In this document: in pieces, positions 60,541 to 64,000 of the stretch
How the letters are laid out: the number at the start of each line of letters is the position of its first letter
Position numbering within the stretch: the first letter of the stretch is position 1
NCBI GenBank assembly: GCA_963719495.1
Contig: CAVRCI010000002.1
Span: forward strand, 544,001-608,000
Origin: an uncultured Verrucomicrobiae bacterium
GTDB lineage: Bacteria; Verrucomicrobiota; Verrucomicrobiia; Chthoniobacterales; JAATET01
DNA: 64,000 nucleotides
Direction: 5' to 3'
Translations under genes and position numbers: made by a program
The notes under the pieces: generated by a model
Databases searched by the model: none
Seen by the model: the letters and a program-made list of their open reading frames with translations, nothing else
Told to the model about the DNA's origin: nothing

Positions 60541-63329
60541 GGCTCGACGGGGGCGGGGGCGTCCGGCATTTCGCGGCGGACTTCGAGGTATTCCGGAGTG
60601 TCCTCGAGGTGCGAGTGCTCGAGGAATTCGCGGCGGGTGCGGTCCGCTTCCTCAGAGCGGCCCAGGGCGTCGAAACCGCGGGCGCTGGCGGCGTAGGCGT
60701 GGGCGACCTGTTTGTCGTAGCGACCGTAGAGGACGTAGACGCGTTGATAATAGGGGATGGCAAGCTCCCAATTGTTGGCGGCGGCGTGGAGATCGCCGAT
60801 GCGAACGAGGGCGTCAACGGTCGGTTCGCCGCGGGCTTCGGGGAGGGTGAGGATGCGCTCGAGGGTGGCGAGGGCTTCGTCGGGGCGGTCGGTTTCCGCG
60901 AAGAGGGTGGCGCGGGCGTCGAGGACGTCGGGGAGTAGCGCGGAGGTGAGGATGTTTTTTTCGAATTGGTCGAAGTAGCGGAGGGCGGTCGCGGTGTCGC
61001 CGGATTCGGCGGCCACGAGTCCGAGGGACGCGTAGGCGCGGTCGAGTTGGAGCGAACGGGGCCACCAAGAGAGGATGGTCTGGTAGGCTGTGGTGGCTCG
61101 GTCGGTCTTGTTGGTTTCGCGGAGGCGGTCGGCGACATCGGCGAGTACGACGGGCGGCATGGAGCGGAAGGGGACGCTGGAGGCGATCTGATCGAGAAAC
61201 TTCGTGGCGCCGGAATCAGGGTCGCGCCGACCGACGCGCCAGCCGATCCAGGCGAGGCGGGCTTCGAGGGTGGCGGATTTTTTTTCGCGCGCGGCGACGA
61301 GCTCGGTGCGGACGCGGAGTTGGAATTTTTCGAGTTGGTCCTCGGAGGCGTAGAGTTTGGCGGTGGCTTCGAGGAGATCTTCGACGCCGAGTTTGTCGGG
61401 GTCGTCGCCGTAGCGCGCCACGGCGTCCCAATACATTTCGCGGGCGGCGTCGGTGTCGCCGTCGCGACGGAGCAGCGAGGCGAGGTTGCCGAGGGCTTCG
61501 GCGACGCGGGGGCTGTCGGGCCGGCTCTCGATGAATTGCTGGTAAAGCTTGGTTGCGGCGTCGAAATCCTCGAGCGCCCGGAGGGTGCGCCCAATTCGGA
61601 AGACGGCGTAGTCGTAGACGGTGGGGTCGTGGCGGGTGGTACGAGGGAAGACTTGCAGCGCTTCCTGGGCCCGGGCGGTGGCGAGGTAGGCGTCCCCGAG
61701 GAGGTTGTTGGATTCGTCGGCGAGCTGCGGCTGGGGATTGGTCGCGCGGAAGGCTTTGAGTTCCTCGATGGCGGCGGGGTAGTCCTTGAGGCGGAAGAGG
61801 CAGTAGGCGCGGCGGTATTGGCTGTCGGAGGCGTGCGGGCCGTCGGGGAATTGCTCGAGGTAGCGGGCGTGCTGGGCGCGGGCGTCTTCGAAACGGAGTG
61901 CGTAGAGGAGCGCCATTCCTTTCCAGTAGGTGATTTGGCCGTCGTCGCCGTCCTTTGGGAAGAGGCGCGCGTGCTCGTCGAAGAGGGCGATGGCTTCTTC
62001 GTTGCGGTCGAGCATCATGAGCGTGTAGGCGGCGAGGAAATGGCAGCGCGCGGCGAGCGGGCCGTCGGGGTATTCCTTGGCCACGCGCTGGTAGATGGTG
62101 ATGGCTTGATCAAGCTGGCCGAGCTGAGCGGCGGCTTCGGCTTGGAGGTAGAGCGTCTCGGGGACAATGTCGTTCTTGGGGAAACGTTCGATGAACGCGG
62201 TGGCCGTGTCGTAGAGCGCGGCCCAACTGGACATCCGAGCGTAGCAATTAAGGAGCTGGTAGTAGGCTCCGGTGAGGACTTCGCTGTCGGGGAGACGGGC
62301 GACGGAGTTGGCGAGCAGAATGGCGGCTTCGCGGTCGCGGCCGAGCTGGACGTAGGCGTCGGCCTCGCGGAGGGCGAGCGCGGTGTCGTAGTCGGTGGCT
62401 CCTTCGATGGTGGCGATGTCGTCACTGACCTCGTCCGAAAGGCGCTCGAGGCGCTTCTTTTCCGCCAGGACGGCGGGGTTGCGGATGTCCGCCTTTGCGG
62501 CTTGTTCGAGCGCGGTGCGGAGTTCTTCGGCGACGGAGCGCTGACGGTAGAGGAGGCGGTTGCGCGACCAGATTCGCTGGAGGACGGCGAGCGCGCGGCG
62601 GGGTTCGCCCGACGCGAGGAGGTGATCGGCGAGGGAGGAGGCGAGCAGGTGGAAGGCGGAAATGCGGACGACGCCGGGCCGGTCCGTGTCGTAGGATCGC
62701 ACGAGGGTCTCGGCTTCCTCGTAGTTCTCGGACTCGAGGAGGGCTTGGAGGTAGAGAGCGGTCGCCTGGCTGTCGATGTCCGGGCGCAGCTTGCCGAGGA
62801 GCGGCTTGAGCAGGGTGGCGGCGTCAACGAACTCGCTAGCTTGGGCGAGGGCGACGGCGGAGAGGAAGCGCGCCTGGTCGGCGTTGGGGTCTTTTGGAAA
62901 GCGGGTGAGGAAATCGCTGAGAACGCGTTGGCTTTCCTCGAATTTCCCGGTTTGGAGGAGGGCGGTGCCGAGGGCAAATCCGACCGTGGCCGACTCGTTG
63001 GCGGTCGGGTATTTTCGCCAATGCTGATCGAGGGTCTTGATGCCGCCGGCGACATCGCCCGCGCCGAGTTGCGAGAGGCCGTAGACGTAGAGAAAGCGGT
63101 CGGGGCGGTCGACCTTGTGGTCGGGTTTCTCGAGTTCTTTAGCGACTTCGGCAAACAGCGGGTTGGCTTCGGCGAAGCGTCCGGCCTGGTAGGCCCCGTA
63201 TCCGCGGAAGAGGAGTTCGCTCGTGTTCATGCGGCTCACGTCCCGCTCCTGCGCCGGGGAGGGAAGGGGCGCGAGGGAGACGAGCGCGGCAATCCCGGCG
63301 AACGCGACGAATGAGGGTTTGCGGAACAT
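60537..63329 (-). CDS. Large secreted TPR-repeat protein (~930 aa)
   Basis: Signal peptide MFRKPSFVAFAG..., many TPRs ending FP/YP, and YYQRVYVLY. Confidence 0.88.
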   Translation of the reverse strand: MFRKPSFVAFAGIAALVSLAPLPSPAQERDVSRMNTSELLFRGYGAYQAGRFAEANPLFAEVAKELEKPDHKVDRPDRFLYVYGLSQLGAGDVAGGIKTLDQHWRKYPTANESATVGFALGTALLQTGKFEESQRVLSDFLTRFPKDPNADQARFLSAVALAQASEFVDAATLLKPLLGKLRPDIDSQATALYLQALLESENYEEAETLVRSYDTDRPGVVRISAFHLLASSLADHLLASGEPRRALAVLQRIWSRNRLLYRQRSVAEELRTALEQAAKADIRNPAVLAEKKRLERLSDEVSDDIATIEGATDYDTALALREADAYVQLGRDREAAILLANSVARLPDSEVLTGAYYQLLNCYARMSSWAALYDTATAFIERFPKNDIVPETLYLQAEAAAQLGQLDQAITIYQRVAKEYPDGPLAARCHFLAAYTLMMLDRNEEAIALFDEHARLFPKDGDDGQITYWKGMALLYALRFEDARAQHARYLEQFPDGPHASDSQYRRAYCLFRLKDYPAAIEELKAFRATNPQPQLADESNNLLGDAYLATARAQEALQVFPRTTRHDPTVYDYAVFRIGRTLRALEDFDAATKLYQQFIESRPDSPRVAEALGNLASLLRRDGDTDAAREMYWDAVARYGDDPDKLGVEDLLEATAKLYASEDQLEKFQLRVRTELVAAREKKSATLEARLAWIGWRVGRRDPDSGATKFLDQIASSVPFRSMPPVVLADVADRLRETNKTDRATTAYQTILSWWPRSLQLDRAYASLGLVAAESGDTATALRYFDQFEKNILTSALLPDVLDARATLFAETDRPDEALATLERILTLPEARGEPTVDALVRIGDLHAAANNWELAIPYYQRVYVLYGRYDKQVAHAYAASARGFDALGRSEEADRTRREFLEHSHLEDTPEYLEVRREMPDAPAPVEP

Positions 63330-63337
63330 TCGTCGGA

Positions 63338-64000
63338 TCAGTTGGCCCCTTTGAAAACGGGGCCGCCGGTGACGTAATCGACCGGCGTTTCTTCGGTGAT
63401 GGTCAGGCGGGTATCGGAGGTGCGGAAGAGGGGGTACTTCGGAATGCCGAGGCTGTTCTTGGAGTAGCGGACACCAATTTTGTCCGATTCGATCGTCAGG
63501 AACGCGCTGAAGCCCCCGCCGGGTGTCTCGCCGACGAGGATGTCGAGCGCGATGACCTGGCCTTTCGTGAGGCTGAGCCAATCACCGGGTCGGAAGAGGA
63601 ATTTCGTGCGTCCGTAAATGACGTCTTCGGAGGCGTCGGCGGGTTTCCACGCGACGGTGCCGCTGGTATTCGCCGGCTTCGACCCATCGAGCACCGGTCG
63701 CCCATCGACGAACACCACCAACAGGTTGTCCGCCGTCCCCGCGAAACGATAACGCCCCGTCTCGGGAACGGTGACCTTGCCGGAGTAGTGGACGAACCAG
63801 TAGCGGCCCTCGGAGTCGACCCCGAATTCCTTCGGCGCGGCGATGGCTTCCATTTGGGGGAAGAAAAACGTTGTGGCGAAAAGCTCCGTATCGGCGCGGA
63901 AGAAATCCTTCATCTTCGAGGGATTCAATCCGCTGTCCGTGAAAGCGCGGATCGCCCTCGTGAAGCTCTTGTTGGCGCTGTCGTTGCCCATTTCCGAACC
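63338..64000 (-). CDS. PA14-like domain protein (5' end outside the window)
   Basis: HYSGKVTVPETGRYRFAGTADNLLVVFVDG...GDWLSL. First visible gene of the TPR-ExbBD operon. Confidence 0.7.
   Translation of the reverse strand, partial: GSEMGNDSANKSFTRAIRAFTDSGLNPSKMKDFFRADTELFATTFFFPQMEAIAAPKEFGVDSEGRYWFVHYSGKVTVPETGRYRFAGTADNLLVVFVDGRPVLDGSKPANTSGTVAWKPADASEDVIYGRTKFLFRPGDWLSLTKGQVIALDILVGETPGGGFSAFLTIESDKIGVRYSKNSLGIPKYPLFRTSDTRLTITEETPVDYVTGGPVFKGAN

Noticed and set aside
60966..63314. 782-aa plus-strand ORF
   Set aside because: Antisense to the TPR gene.

Overview
This GC-rich bacterial window is most likely from Verrucomicrobiota (Chthoniobacterales/Terrimicrobium-like). That is an inference from the Verru_Chthon pilin cassette, a PEP-CTERM tail and the REP types. 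It has four parts. (1) 1-~9960 is the right end of an AT-richer integrative element next to the 3' end of an initiator tRNA-Met. It carries a phage-type integrase, an Xis-like HTH gene, and a translationally coupled operon with two large tyrosine-recombinase-fold proteins (one catalytically complete, one degenerate). An identical 24-bp motif sits exactly 3 nt upstream of both the int and xis start codons. (2) ~10.1-23.1 kb is mostly core genes: nadA, an AbiEii-type TA pair, a GH1 lipoprotein, a PAS-PP2C phosphatase, an F420/NADP oxidoreductase, pta-ackA-fabD-glycerate kinase and tRNA-Ser, with several REP-like palindromes. (3) 23.1-27.0 kb is a decaying redox islet after tRNA-Ser. (4) 27.1-64 kb is a large glycan-utilisation region: GH36, a sugar ABC transporter, GH38, an IS4-interrupted secreted GH, PEP-CTERM/lacI/uxaC remnants, SGNH and SASA esterases, a 1237-aa GH, a four-gene minor-pseudopilin cassette in GspH-I-J-K order, a GntR regulator and a PA14/TPR/ExbB/ExbD/ExbD operon. 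All calls come from motif recognition by eye; no database searches were run.
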